DNA of 64,000 nucleotides, from assembly GCF_964213995.1 (NCBI RefSeq), contig NC_135809.1, positions 22,506,001 to 22,570,000 on the forward strand, written 5' to 3'. Each line of letters begins with the position of its first letter. The first letter of the stretch is position 1. The position numbers and the translations under genes are program-made. This DNA comes from Mustelus asterias. Its lineage: Eukaryota. The notes below the pieces were generated by a model that was not told the origin of the DNA, did not search any database, and saw nothing but the letters and a program-made list of their open reading frames with translations. Positions 1 through 13,310 of this stretch are shown here, in pieces.

Positions 1-54
1 AACCTAAGCAGTTCTGTTATTTTATTTTTGAAACGTGCTCTGTAAAGATAAAGA

Positions 55-482
55 TGTATAAGGAGCATTTGAGGACTCTGTGTCTGTACTCAATGGAGTT
101 TAGAAGGAAGGGGGGGGATCTCATTGAAACTTACAGAATACTGAAAGACTTGGATAGAGTGGATGTGGGAAGATGTTTCCCTTAGTAGGATCCCCGAGGT
201 CCCAGCTTCAGAATAATGGGATGACTCTTTGGAACCAAGATGAAGAACAATTTCTTCAGCCAGAGTGTGGTGAATCTATGGAATTCATTGCCACAGTAGG
301 CTGTGGAGGCTGAGTCATTGAGTATATTTAAGACAGAGATAGATAGATTCGCGATTGGTAAGGAGATCAAAGGTTGCGGGGAAAAGGTGGGAGAATGGAG
401 TTGAGAAACTTATCAGCCATGATTGAATGGCGGAGCAGACTCATTGAGTTGAATGGCCCAATTCTGCTCCTATATCTTATGC
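55..482 (+). mobile_element. CR1 (HER1-like) LINE 3' fragment
   Basis: Typical CR1 ORF2 end (gatctcattgaaacttacagaatactg...gtggtgaatctatggaattc) followed by a 3' tail ending ctcctatatcttatg. Confidence 0.8.
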
Positions 483-2959
483 TCTTAAAACACTCAGTCA
501 TAGGAGCACAATATGTTGGTCTGCAATATAACAAGAGTGCTGTTAGTTGCTGTTCTTTCTGCACAACCCCAAGCCAGTGGAACAATATAACTGCCCATGT
601 GTCCCTATTGCTCCATTTGTACCAAGGAGTATTGTGTTGTTTCTCATAGCACAAATGTATTTCTCAAGCCAAAATAATGCTCCTTCCACATACTTCTGAC
701 CACACAATTACGTTCAGGTTTACTTCATTAAAATAAGTATATTCAGTGCTGATTTTCTTTAAGGTTACCATTGTAGAGCCGCATGAGAATCATTTGCAGC
801 AATGTTTAGAAGCAGAGTAAAAATGGAAGCAGGATAGACAAAAACTACCCCGTCACCACAGAAGAATTGAAGTCCTTTCTCATTGATTAATATATGGGCC
901 TCAAATCAAGGCTGCTCACAACAAACTGCCTGACTAATCAGGAACTTTCGCCATTACTATTTGAGTATTACACCAGGATCTGCATGTTTACAAATGGCAC
1001 ATTTCAAAGAAATACCATCAACATTTTGGTTAAAAAAATTTGCCGATCACTAGTTTCAGTCTATTAAGATCTGTGCATATGAACAATGAAACACAATTAC
1101 TTAATGTCAGGTTAGTAATGTAATATAAGGAGATAATTATTGTCATGAATATCCCCCAACGTACCTTCAGAGTAATGATACGTAGAATTGTAGGTTAAAC
1201 TTCTCTGCTCAGCAATAGCCGTGCTATAATCCTGTTAAGGATATAAAAGAAATATTCTGTCACCCAAAGACCAATGAAAGCATTCAAAATGCAATATCAA
1301 ATATGTAGCCCGTGGAACAATATTCCCCTAACCATGTAATTATTTCAACTCTTAAAGGGCATATGATTCCAGGTGTTTAAATTGGTTTTACTCTTGACAG
1401 TTACAAATATTATTCCAACATCCTCACATATTTAAAAGGTATAACAGAGGTCCCAATTGCCACTATTACACTTTTTTACAAACTACCAATAAAGGACGGT
1501 GAAATTAGTCTATGTAAAATGTTCTGAAGTTACATATTCTACCACAATGTACGCAAGAGTACATCACAGGTGAATTTGTAATAGCGAATTAAATATTGTT
1601 TCCTCTATCAGGCTGCCTTCAACTTACAAGTATAACATTATTCCGATATTAAAAAATGAAATAGAAACTGAAAATGCTGGGAATTCATATCAAGTCTATA
1701 TCAGGACATGAAAGAGTAAAGACAAGTTAAGGATTAGTTTTAACATTCGTTCGTTGTGAGGATTAACCTTACTCCATATCATTACACTACTTTTCCCTTT
1801 AGATGCTTCAGGGTCTGCTACACTTTCCTCGCATCTCTATTTTAATTCTAACATCCTTTAAAGTTTTAACAACATTTTCATGGGCTTTCTGTCCTCCTAT
1901 CTTGCTGCTAAACGCAGCAAAGGTTTGTTTTCAAATATTGTTTTTTCTCATTCAGTTTAGACACACAGCGTGAAGAGCTAATTTGCATGTAGATCCTGAG
2001 ATGAAGAATGCCTTAGACAAAGATGGTCTAGTGACATCCATTTTGTTATTTTGCCTCTACCAGTGTCTTCTCCTTTCTTATCTTGAAAACACCCACAGTG
2101 TAAACAAGACACAAGACAAGTGGTCAAGACCAACAACAGTGGAATATTGGATGGTCAGAATCACTTTGCCATATGATTCTGTCGCATAAAAACAAGTGAG
2201 ACTGCTTTGAAACATAATTTTCAGCCCCAGCTTAAGAGTAACAGAGAAAAATATTGGGAAACAGGATGATTTACAGCACAAAGGGAAAGTAATAAACAGA
2301 TATTTGTGTTGGCTCCTTGAAAGAAATCAAGATTAAGACACTGTACCAAATGGACCCGAGTAAAAAATAATAAAGGCAATGTAATCAAATGCTAGAGTTT
2401 ATTTTCTTAACTCTCGACCCTGGAATAGATAAATTTTTCATTGGACAAGGGTCAGGAAACTGGAAAGAAACCATTTCACTCGATGAACGAAAAACGTTTC
2501 TGTGGCTTGCCCCTAAATTCCTGTCAACTCGAGGATCTCAGGGTGGCAAGAACTGGAAGTAGGAGCTTCCTTAAAAAGTTAAATTTTTCCCCCATTCCCA
2601 AAGTCAAGTTGACCAAGTTGATCTTGATCAGAAGCCAGAAAGTCATGATGTTGAAGGCCCAAAGTACAGCTGCAGGCCTGGGGAAGCCTACATGCACCAG
2701 TAGGCTCTGCTGCATGACAAGCCTAGGCTAGATGGCTAATGCAAATGGAATAGGATAGAAAATCCTGGTATACCTAGGCCTAGAGCTTGGCCTAGGCTTG
2801 GGTGGGGGCAGGACACTTCAGTGCACTGCTTTTGTCTAGACTGAAGATGAGACAGGAGGAAAATAAAATTAATCTGCCCTTACAATTTCCAAGTATTCTA
2901 GAGGGCAACATAACCCAGATCCTCCTAAAACAATTCTCTCTCTCAGTGCTTGTTCCCAC

Positions 2960-3600
2960 AGTTGAGAACAACTTGCATTTATAAAGCACTTTTAACATTG
3001 TAAAGCATTCCGATGTGCTTCACAGGAACACAATCAGGCAAAATAATTGACACAGAGCCAAAGAAGGGGACATTAGGATAGGTGATCAAAGGTTTTGTTT
3101 TAATGAGTGTATTGAAGAAGAGCCTGGTGAGGAGACAGAGATGTTTAGGGAGAGAATTCCAAAGCTTGGAGCCTAGGCAGCTGATGGCAAAACTTTGAAT
3201 GATGTGGTAAAAGAATTCAGGATGCCCAAGAGGTCAGAATTGGAGAAAAACAGGGTAGTCAGAGTATTGTAGGGTTGGAGGAGGTTACTGATAGATGGAG
3301 AGGAAAAACTGCAGAAGGCTTGGAACAGGTGAATGTAGATTTTAAAATAGATGTGCTGGAGGTCTGGGAGTCAGTGCAGATCAAAAATCACAAGGTTGAT
3401 GCATAAACACTGTGAGTTATGATGTGGGCAGCAGAACTTCAGACAAGCTGAGGTTCATGGAGGGTAGAAGATGAAACACCAGCCAGGAGGGAATTGGAAT
3501 GATTGTGTCTGATGGTAACAAAAGCTTTGGTGTTTCAGTGGCAGGTAGGCTACGCCAGGGGCAGAGATGGGTGATCTAATGGAGGTAGGAGTGTACAGTT
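2960..3600 (-). mobile_element. Old L2-like LINE 3' remnant
   Basis: Begins aacaacttgcatttataaagcac, the reverse complement of an L2-type 3' end; purine-rich degenerate body resembling 41980-43460. Confidence 0.5.
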
Positions 3601-3719
3601 TACAGTTCAAAACGTGGTGGCCCACACAGCAGTTCCTAAGAGGGTTCTCCATACATGTTGAACTATTCTAAACCAATGGATTGTACTGTCGCCTGGACAG
3701 TTCAGCAAGGAGACCAGTT

Positions 3720-3835
3720 GTTCTCTGCTCAGTTCTGATGAAGGGTCATCGACCTGAAACATTAACTCTGTTTCTCTCCATAGATGTTGCAAGACCTGTT
3801 GAGTATTTCCAGCATTGTCTGTTTGTCTGTTATTA
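3720..3835 (+). mobile_element. Penelope-like 3' end remnant with minimal hammerhead motif (3731-3767)
   Basis: AGTT-CTGATGA-AGGGTC atc GACCT-GAAAC-ATT-AACT, followed by ...gacctgttgagtatttccagcatt. Confidence 0.65.
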
Positions 3836-4139
3836 TTTACATTGACTGTCTAGGTTGGTTTAATCTCATATGTGATGTTAAACCAAGTCGTGAATTGCAG
3901 ATCCAGTCACAATTGTTACATATGAAGTGACTTTTGGGGGTGGTGGGTGAAAGCACTTTGCAGTGAGCTCACTTGTCCTGTGGGAAACTTACTCTGTTCT
4001 CCTCATTCAACAGGATTGTTAATGACAGAGAATTCGACATTTTATCTATCTGGGATTGTTTTTTCTCATGTGGTGGGACCCAATTTACAGGCTCTGAGAT
4101 TAGTTTCCAGAATGACTTTGTATTTAAGCTTAGGAAGTC

Positions 4140-4310
4140 CGGGATGATATGCGTTCTGGTGCTCAGCTGGCTGTAAAATACCATCTTTGCAATGCGAGAA
4201 TCCACCATGCAAACCACCTGGCTAATCCAGCAAAGCTGAGACTTAATGAGTATGCTCTCAATACCAGGTTCGTAGCACCTATCAAGAACTTCAGCCCTAA
4301 CCACTAACAT
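4140..4310 (-). mobile_element. RTE-clade LINE ORF fragment
   Basis: Translation EVLDRCYEPGIESILIKSQLCWISQVVCMVDSRIAKMVFYSQL matches the RTE C-terminal pattern EVL..A..PSIE..L...QLRW.GHV.RM.D.R.PK..FY. Confidence 0.65.
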
Positions 4311-5230
4311 TAAAAGATATTGCCATAGGTGCTAATACAAAATAGCTTGGTGACATGGCATAATGTCATAGTGTGTGTTACTTTCTGATCTATCATGCCA
4401 AATTTAGCTGTTAACTTGAAACAACCATATCACTGTCAGCTACAGACTATCTTGAAGTAATCTGCTGGGTGAACTCTGAATTCAGCACCATTGTATATTA
4501 ATTAAGCACTAACATTGCATTGGTGTCAAATTCATAGTACAACAACATTAATCATCTGAAATTGTTTCCTACTGATTTTTTCTTGATAGGCCATGTCTAA
4601 AAACACAGACTTTGTATGGTCTTTTAATTTATTTGTTTTAAGCATTTAAGGAAACATTACTCAAAGGCAATGGAGCAGCTTAATTTTCTTTATGTAAAGA
4701 TGAAAGGTGACTCTAGTAAAAGAGAGCCTGCCTGGTTTGATCTCTACATAAAGAATTCAGGTATTTCACGTTTTCAGTAAGAAATTCATTCATTATCTAA
4801 AGCTATACCCATGACTATAATATTTACATCATAATGCATTAAAACACTATGATCAAGTGTCATCCCAATAAAATAATATATATTGATGTTCCCACTCATT
4901 TTGAATTTTCTCCACGGCCCCTTTCAGAACATTTAATTCCCATTTTGCAAATGTCAAGCCCTCCTAGTCAATGCACGTATTGTAACTCATTCCACTCCAT
5001 AAATTACTTTAGCGCTGGCATTTTATCCAATTAAGATTATATTTGATTTCCAAAGACACTTCCAAAGCAGAAGAAAGTTAACAACCCAAAATGTTACTTA
5101 AAATGTCTGAACTACTATAAAGTGCTGAAACCTCAGCTTTTAAAGGCATTTCTTTTTGCTGTAAGCTTCACAAAGAGTTCTTTGTAGCTTCTGGGTTGTT
5201 TTATAGTTCACCTGCTACAGTATAGCATAC

Positions 5231-5279
5231 CTCTACTGCTAGGAGATTCCGTTTCTGGCGAATTGTATTAAATCTGCTC
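5231..5279 (-). CDS. OTOGL: OTOGL coding exon 3 (49 nt, SRFNTIRQKRNLLAVE)
   Basis: Acceptor ctcccccctctacag, donor gtatgc. Confidence 0.85.
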
Positions 5280-6220
5280 CTGTAGAGGGGGGAGAAAAAA
5301 AAGTATCTTGTATAATCATACAACAAAGTGACCTCCATCAAACACATGATACCTGGCTTTGGCACGTGTTAGAAATGAAGAGTGGAACCAGCCCTGTAAT
5401 ATTTGATCATATGTTTTTTATACTTAAAGTTAAAACAGCACGAATTGGTATAACTTCTTTCCTAAAATAAAGATTAGAGTTACTTACGTTTTTAACTGGT
5501 TTTGGCCCGGAGCTGAGCCTTCACAATAAAATCCTTTTTTTAAAAAAAGACAAAAAATACAAAAAAGTCTAAGTATCTTTCGACTTCAAACGGGAGCAGG
5601 TAGAATGGATGCAAAGCTGCTTATAGAATTTAAAACAATGCTTAACTAAGCACGCTAAATATACAGCATAGCACAACGGTAACAAAAGCACAGCATAACT
5701 AGCAAGTTCCATTTTTATTAAGACTATCTTTCCCAGTGTAATTCCACTATGGATTCATGGCCTGTTGCTCTGATAGTTTTACTTACTAGCTTGCGGTGTA
5801 TATTCGTTGGCTTTTTTTTTGTTTTGACAGTCAAAAGTACCCAAGAAATAAGAGTGGTGATCTTTTTTCCAAATTTGTTATTTATAGTGCGCTTGATAGA
5901 CCTTGAAATTAAATTAAATCTTCCGCGTTGACAATTCGTCTTAACAGAGCAAAGAAAGTATTTCGAATGTCACGCCAGGTACATTTAACTTCGATTTAAA
6001 ATAATTAAATCATCACCCTCACATTTTCTTCAAGCCACGATGATTTTCAATGTTGGCGCAAATGCTTTCTATTGTATCTAACGATTGAAGCAATCCCTCT
6101 GAATATGATTCATGTTGCAAGGTGCGGTGCTTTTGTCTTACCTTGAAATAGCTGAAGAAGCGAATAAAACACCAACACACTCCACGGTATCATTAATTTA
6201 AGTTTCCGAGCTATGTTCAT
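5231..6220 (-). CDS. OTOGL: Otogelin-like protein, N-terminal three coding exons (6220-6142, 5533-5488, 5279-5231); gene continues beyond the left edge
   Basis: Spliced translation MNIARKLKLMIPWSVLVFYSLLQLFQGFYCEGSAPGQNQLKTSRFNTIRQKRNLLAVE resembles the human OTOGL N-terminus as I recall it (MNIVRKLNLMIPWS...RQKRALLA); canonical GT-AG junctions with consistent phases 1,2,0; signal peptide plus furin-like RQKR. Confidence 0.9.
5488..5533 (-). CDS. OTOGL: OTOGL coding exon 2 (46 nt)
   Basis: AG acceptor, donor gtaagt; keeps frame between exons 1 and 3. Confidence 0.8.
6142..6220 (-). CDS. OTOGL: OTOGL coding exon 1 (79 coding nt, signal peptide)
   Basis: ATG at 6220, donor gtaaga; an acceptor (ttcacag) 15 nt upstream of the ATG implies a further upstream exon. 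Confidence 0.9.
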
Positions 6221-6789
6221 CTCAATGGAGCTCCGCTGTGAACTAGATGAGTTATAAAAAGGTTCGTTCTTACCGAATCGGAATTATAATGTCATTTTAG
6301 GCCAAACGGTTCACCAAAATGTTACTTCTTTCCCCCTTGGTCCCAAACAGAAGGCAGGGCGAAAGTATCGATTACAACAAATGATCAGCTCCGTACGGTG
6401 AAGGCTTTGGTGCACATAGAGACTCGAGTTCATTAGTAATGTGTCCTGGAATGGAACAGAGTGGGTTTGTTACCGTGACGCGGCGCTAGCAGCATCCCCC
6501 CTGCCTGGATACACCCTGTAACTTATCCCCAAAGCTCCTGCTTTCATCAATTACGCAAGCTGCTTTAAAAAAAACTGCTTTGTCACCATAGAGCTAACTG
6601 TTGTTCAGAACTCAATGTGCACATGGCCCATTGCAAACTTTTAAGGTCCATGATGGTTAGCATTGGAATCTTTACTCTCACAGGTCAAGGTGGTGCGGTC
6701 CAAATTTTTTTTTTCAACAATAAATACAGTCTCATTGCAGTGACTGGGGAAACTAGCGGAGGCTGTACCATCTTTAAGCTGCGTAGGGT

Positions 6790-6885
6790 TATAGTTTTGA
6801 CAAAGGGTTATCTGGATTCGAAACGTCAGCTCTTTTCTCTCCTTACTGCCAGACCTGCTGAGATTTTCCAGCATTTTCTCTTTTG
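6790..6885 (+). mobile_element. Degenerate Penelope-like 3' end
   Basis: ...ttcgaaacgtcagct...gccagacctgctgagattttccagcatttt, same family as 3720-3835; hammerhead core decayed. Confidence 0.5.
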
Positions 6886-7658
6886 GTTAGGGTTATACGA
6901 CCTTGTCTGAGCAGGGAAGGCTGACCTCCCATCAACAAGACATATGACCATTCCATTGACTTGGTGAAAAGCTGAGTGAAAGACGGTTGGCCAACATATA
7001 CTCACTCGTGCTTCAATATCACTATTATTCGATGTGTGTGTGTGCCATTTTTTGGGTACAGACAGGTTTCCCATTTTGTGTCCTTGTGGCAATGATATGC
7101 GGGATTTTATTTGTACTATCGGGAAGATTTTAACTGTATTTTGCCAGCTATGATTCTCGTTATTCAGCTTATAAAGTGTGAAATAAGTCAGCAAAAAAAT
7201 GTTCAACATAAAATTCCATGCAGAGTCATGTTATAATGCTACAATCGCGTCGCGTAAACGGTTTGAGGTTTATCTGTCAAACTTCACCGCTTCAAATCTG
7301 CGACTTGGATTTAAAAATGTTAGAAAAGGAACCCTATCATTTCTGAGTGGTTCCTCCTGCCCACTATTTGACCTGAATGCCTTACTAGGAACAAGTATAT
7401 GTAAAGTCGCCACAGTCCCAGATGACCAGAGGCTGTTCTCCTCTTTGAGGGGAAGAGCTGACTGGTGGTGATTTAACCTGAGGATCATCACACCTCGGGT
7501 GATAACCTCTAGTGGAACTGAGGAAGGTCTCGCAACCTTAAACACACAATGATTAGGAGAACAATGTGTTATGTAGTATGAGGCTTCTGAACTTAGACAT
7601 CCAATCACCTGAGATACAAAATCAACCAATGATCTAACACAGAAGGAGACCACCTCAA

Positions 7659-7950
7659 GGGTGACACATTGGCACAGTGGTTAGCACTGCTGCCTCGCCG
7701 CGCCATGGACCAGAGTTCAATTCCCAGCTTGGGTCACTGTCCGTGCAGAGTCTGCACATTCTCCACATGTCTGCATGGGTTTCCTCTGGGTGCTCCAGTT
7801 TCCTCTCACAGTTAGGTGCATTGGTCATGCTAAATTTTCCCTCAGTGTACCTGAACAGGTGCCAGAGTGTGGTGACTATGGGAATTTTCACAGCAACTTC
7901 ATTGCAGTGTTAATGTAAGCCTACTTGTGACACTATTAAAAATAAACTTT
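7659..7950 (+). mobile_element. HE1/V-SINE, tail type B
   Basis: tRNA-like head (tggcacagtggttagcac...gttcaattccc), V-domain, tail cacagcaacttcattgcagtgttaatgtaagcctacttgtgacac. Confidence 0.85.
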
Positions 7951-7959
7951 GAAAGAACT

Positions 7960-8480
7960 ACCCAATTAGTTGCACTCCACCGCTCTTTCTGGAGAACTAT
8001 TATTTACAAGTATTTATAAAATTCCCTTTTGAAAGTTATTGAATTTGTTCCACTACTCTCACCAGACAGAAGATTCCAGATTGTAACCACTCACTGTATC
8101 AAAATTGTTTTCTTATGTGACATCTAATTCATTTGCCAATCACCTTAAATGTGTGCCCTCTTGTTTCCGACCCTCCTACCACTGGAAACAGCTTCTCCTA
8201 ATTAATTCTGCCAAAGCCCTTCATAATTTGAATGCCCCTATCAAACTTTCCTTTAGATTTCATTACTCTAAGTAGATCAATCTCAGTTTCTCTAGTTCCC
8301 CAAATAACTGTAGTTCCACATCCCTGAACCAATTCTGATAAAACTCTATGCGCTTTGCAAAGATCTTGACATATTCTTCCCAAAGTGTGGTGTCCAGGAT
8401 TGGTTATAACTCTCAATCTATGGCATAACACATGATTAATGAAGCTTTGACATCATTTCCTTGCTTTTGTATTCTATTGT
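7960..8480 (-). mobile_element. Old CR1 remnant (continues ~9540-10120)
   Basis: Reverse complement of CR1 3' ORF2 motifs, heavily diverged. Confidence 0.55.
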
Positions 8481-8679
8481 GGTTGTGTCATATGCCCGTA
8501 AAATTTATAATGAAGCTGGAGACTACTTCTTAAAAGGAGAATAAAGCTTTGTTTTACCTGCAAGATTATATTTCTTTATTATAGAGGCTTGACTCAACTA
8601 CAATTGGAAACACCAGAAACTTGTCATTGCTTGGAAAGCCATTGTGAGGTCATCACCAGATGTCTTAATTTTTCATTGA

Positions 8680-9003
8680 ATCATAGAATCCCTACAGTGC
8701 AAAAGAAGGCCATTTGGCCCATCAAGCCTGTACTGACAACAATCCCACCCAGGCCCTATCCCCATAAACCCATGTATTTACCCTGTTAATCTCCCTGACA
8801 CTAAGGGGCAATTTAGCATGGCCAATCAACCTAACCCACAAGTCTTTGGAATGTGGGAGGATACCGGAGCACCCCGAGGAAGCCCGCGCAGACACAGAGA
8901 GATTATGCAAACTCCACACAGACAGTGACACAAGGTCGGAATTGAATCTAGGTCCCTGGCATTGTGAGGTAGCAATGTTAACCACTGTGCCACCATGCTG
9001 CCC
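8680..9003 (-). mobile_element. HE1/V-SINE, tail type A (CR1/HER1-like tail)
   Basis: Full-length reverse copy; its tail on the minus strand ends ...gcactgtagggattctatgat. Confidence 0.9.
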
Positions 9004-9131
9004 ACTTCCTTCAGTGACTGAAAGAAAATTGTCAGGCCTGCAATGTATTTTATTACCTTCTTGGAAAAATGGAGTATTATTGAATTTTAGGACTTTAAGT
9101 AATCTATATACATGTTACATCTTTGGAGATA

Positions 9132-9180
9132 TGTGTCGGTGTATGTGTGTGTGTGGTGTGTGTGTGTACGTGTGTGTGTG
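9132..9180. repeat. Imperfect (GT)n microsatellite
   Basis: tgtgtcggtgtatgtgtgtgtggtgtgtgtgtgtacgtgtgtgtgtg. Confidence 0.85.
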
Positions 9181-12100
9181 CCAGCATCAGTCTACATGAG
9201 GGATGGTTATTGTGATTACAGTTTGGTGTTGTGAAAATAACTTTTATTCTTTTAAGAAGGAATAAACATTTATTTCAATTTAAACTTATGAGGAAGTCTG
9301 TTTCATATTTTCTTAAAAGTCGCAGCACTCAAAGCGTTAAACCACTCCTCAAAAGTACATCCTTGTTGCGGTCAGTCGAGAGATGGGCAAAAGGGAACTT
9401 CTGCGCCTCTATTTATAAAGTCAAGGATCCCACATATCTTTTAACAATCTTCTCACTGTGTCCAGCCACTTCAAAGACTTTTGTATGTATACATATCAAT
9501 ATTACATACTTTTGGATGCATATTAATATTATATTCCTTAGTTTAAGTTAGCTGTTCTCTGCCTTCCTACCAAAATACATCACTTCACATTTTTCTGTAT
9601 TAAATTTTACCTGCCATTTGACCACTATGACCTACTGATGTCTGTTACCATCCTCCTCACTGTTCATTACATTTCCATGTTTCATGTCAGCTGCAAATTT
9701 TGAAATTATGCTATGTATATTCATGTCCCCAAGTCCAGGTAATGAAAATATATGAAAAGGATCACTGTTCTCAACATCAATCCCTGGGGGACATTACAGC
9801 ACACTTTCATCCTGTGGCGAAACACCTGTTCACCACTGCTCTCTGCTTTCTGTCTTTTATCCAATGTTGCATCCATGCAGATACTATCCCCATACACTGA
9901 TTGGCTTTGATTTCACCAATGTAGTGCTTCACCCTTTTGAAAGTTCATATGAGCAACAACAGCCACACACCATCAACCCTTTCTTGTTAATTCAGCAAAG
10001 AGTCAAGTTAGTCCAGCCATTTTCATTCATTAATTCATATTTTTTCTGAGTGCCAATTAATTTTATTCCTGGATTATTTTTTCCAAACGTTCATCCACCA
10101 CCAACATTAGACTGAGTAAATCACAGGAGAACTGTTAGGTTTCCTATAGTATTTGAAGTTTGTACCTCCTCAGAAATAAAGTTTATTTGCTAAGTTCACC
10201 TCAAATACTAATACATGAACAATATTACACCTTCAGAATATGTAAATCATACATTTCATTACACATTTTGGTGACAATAATACTTTGAACTGAAAGCAAG
10301 ATTAAATACAATTTATTACTTACTGTGGGATATCTGGGAAACCAAAAATGTAGAATTTCACTGGTGTCTTTTTTATACTTTCTACTTTTCATATTGATCA
10401 TAAATTTTGTAAGTGACTGTGCTTTTTTTAAATAATCATTTATAAAATTTGTTGAAACAAAGTGACAAGATGATAAGGAACTAATTTGAGCAAAACACTT
10501 GGGCCAATTAAACAACTGGACTAAGTAATGTAATGTAGAACAGAAAACATGGGCAAAGGGATGTTCATTAGCAAATGCTGGACAGCAAATTTTATGCTTT
10601 GCCATAATTGACTATACCATAATACCCAATCCATCTGACATTTATTTTCACACTGAAACTGGAATGTATCTCCAGACTATTTGACCTTCTGGCAAACAAA
10701 TTATTTCCTATTCCATTGTTCATTAATGAGAACACATTTGGAATATAGTGTGCAATTTTGAACAGAGAGACTCTGGAGAAGGTCCAGAGAACAGCAAGAA
10801 GGAGTTTCACAGAAATTAACTGTTTCTTTTAATCGAAATTTTTACAACTTGTGAGTTTAAAACAGTAAGAGGCTTTGCCCAGGCAAAGGAAAAAAATATA
10901 TTACATTTCGTCGAGGAGTTTGAGGCTATGTATGAATAGAACATCGGAACATCAAGACAAGACATGAAGTCAGAACTTGCTCCAAGGATTAATGAATATT
11001 TCGAATAGACTCTCAGCAAAAACAATGACAATTAACCCCCTTTTAAAAGAGTTGGATCGTGAACGGGATTGAAAGGTTCTTTGGGTAAATAGAGATCGGG
11101 AACATAATTTACTGCTCAATAAACGTAATTAATTAAGTGGGAAGAGCTTTGGGGTGTCTCACGTTCCTGCTGGCATCCTACACAAATGCAAGATATCAGA
11201 GCAAATTGTACATGTTCATTATAAAAAAGGGGCTCGATTAGCACAATGAATGGTCTTTGCCTGTTCGGGTTCTTTATATTTTAGATGATTGCTGCTGCTT
11301 CGGTTAGACAGGTAACGAAAGAAACTAATTCCCAGCTGTTCTTAGTACCCTCACATTCCTTCATTTTGAAAGGGAGACAAAAAAATCTTTCCTGCATATT
11401 ATCTCCAGATCGATTTCCTGTTTTGAAATAAAGCAATGTTTCAATCCAGTCTTCCGTGGAAGGCGCTTTCTGATCTTGCAGCATAGAAAATACTTCTGAG
11501 TCGGGTTTCTTTTCCTTATATTTTAATTCTGTCGTTATTACTAAATCCGGGAACAAAGATTCATTTGTTGTCTGGAAACATCCTCGGGATGAAAGTGACA
11601 AACTGGAGTGAAATCAAGAACATGCAAAAATCTTCAACACTAAGACAGCAGCAAATGATTCGCAAAGGGATCTCAGAAAATGGAGCAGATTAACAATCAT
11701 TGAGTGTACATTCCCATTACAAGGGTTTGAAGTAAAATCTGAAGGATTTATATTTTAATTAGAATTACATTTCTTTTGCGGGTGACCATGCTACGGGAGT
11801 AAACATTGTTATGGAGATTGTGTTAAAGATAAACTCATCCCCATTGATATTTGAGAAAATATTATTTAATTAATAAGCTTATACCCCAATAAGTACTATT
11901 TAATTGGTAGGCAGTCAAAGTTCTACTTAATTCAATCCAGTTGGAGCTTTTGGGTGCATTATTCATATAATGGTTCACTCTTACAATGAGACTAAGATTG
12001 CCTTGGTCTCTATAAACGGCATTTGAAGGCTGCAATACTTGGTTTATGTAGTCACTTATTCTGCCCATGTTAAAATCGAGTTCAACAAAACAAAAATGTC

Positions 12101-12356
12101 CTTTTCCACCTGGAGAATTATTTTCTGTTGCTTATATTTATATCCATTAATGGGGTTCGGCCATTTTCTGAAAATCCAACTGGTGAATCAGTCTGATTCC
12201 ATAGGTCATCTTTGCAAGCTGGTATTTTTGTCGATCGCTGATCGTGACATTTAAAGAGGCATTGCAGAACGATTTTCCCAACAATTATAAGAAGGAATGT
12301 ATAAGTTAACATAGATCCGTTACCACCAGTTACCAGAATACATTCACTGACGTTAG

Positions 12357-12608
12357 TATAGTGGTTAGCACTGCTGCTTCACAGCGCCAGGGTTCGATTC
12401 TCGGCTTGGATCACCGTCTGTGTGGAGTTTGCACGTTCTCCCCATGTCTGTGTGGGTTTCCTCCGGGTGGTCCGGTTTCCTTCTACATTCTGAAAGACGT
12501 GCTGGTTAGGTCCATTAACCCGGACTGTGGCGACTAGGGGAATTTCACAGTATCTTCATTGCGGTGTTAATGGAAGCCTTATTTGTGACTAATAAATAAA
12601 AATAAACT
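12357..12608 (+). mobile_element. HE1/V-SINE, tail type B
   Basis: Head, V-domain, and B tail ending gtgactaataaataaa. Confidence 0.85.
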
Positions 12609-12739
12609 GAGAAAATAGCAATCCCCTCACTTCAAGTCCATGCACAATGTGGTTTTATGCTGTTACACAATGATTGAAGAATCCTGGCTCAGAATACTGG
12701 AAGCATGAAGCTAACAGCAGTGTTTTAGGGCACAGATAC

Positions 12740-13310
12740 GGGGCACACCATTCAGGACTGAGATGAGGTTTTTTTTCACTCAGGGTGGTGAACCTGTGAG
12801 ATTCTTTACCACAGAAGGCTGTGGAGGTCAAATCACTGGCGGCACAGTGGCACAGGGTTTAGCACTGCTGCCTCACAGTGCCAGGGATCCAGGTTCAACT
12901 CCCGGCTTCGGTCACTGTCTGTGCAGAGTTTGCACGTTCTCCCCATGTCTATGTGGGTTTCATCCAGGTGCTCCGGTTTCCTCTCACAGCCCAAAAGAGG
13001 TGCTGGTTAGGTACATTGGCAATGCTAAGTTCTCCCTCAGTGTACCTGAACAGGCGCCGGAGTATGGTGCCTAGAGGATTTTCACAGTAACTTCATTGCA
13101 GTGTTAATGAAAGCCTACATGTGACACTAATAACTAAACTGCATTCAAGAAAGAGATAGATATGTTTTTAAATTTTAATGGCATCAAGGGGTTTGGGGAG
13201 AAAGCAGGAATAAGGCATTGATATAGAGAATCACCCATCATCATACTGAATGGTGGAGCAGGCTCGAAGGGCTGAATGCCCTGTTCCTAGTTCCCATGTT
13301 TTCTATGTTT
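12740..13310 (+). mobile_element. CR1 3' fragment interrupted by a type B HE1 SINE (12838-13140)
   Basis: CR1 motif gaaggctgtggagg...aatcact is split by the SINE and resumes at gcattcaagaaagagatagat. Confidence 0.8.

Noticed and set aside
4643-4760. Plus-strand exon-like ORF (HLRKHYSKAMEQLNFLYVKMKGDSSKREPAWFDLYIKNS) with AG/GT ends
   Set aside because: No recognisable homology or partner exons; antisense within an OTOGL intron; compatible with chance
6465-6600. RFX X-box-like half sites (gttaccgtgac, gtcaccatag) upstream of the OTOGL coding exon
   Set aside because: Only partial matches; cannot be separated from background
7659-7740. tRNA gene calls at SINE heads
   Set aside because: A/B boxes run into SINE bodies; these are tRNA-derived heads, not tRNA genes
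8478-9470. Possible LTR split by an HE1 SINE
   Set aside because: Termini and TSD are not convincing
11281-11601. 106-aa minus-strand ORF
   Set aside because: Non-ATG start, no recognisable domain, no consistent splice context
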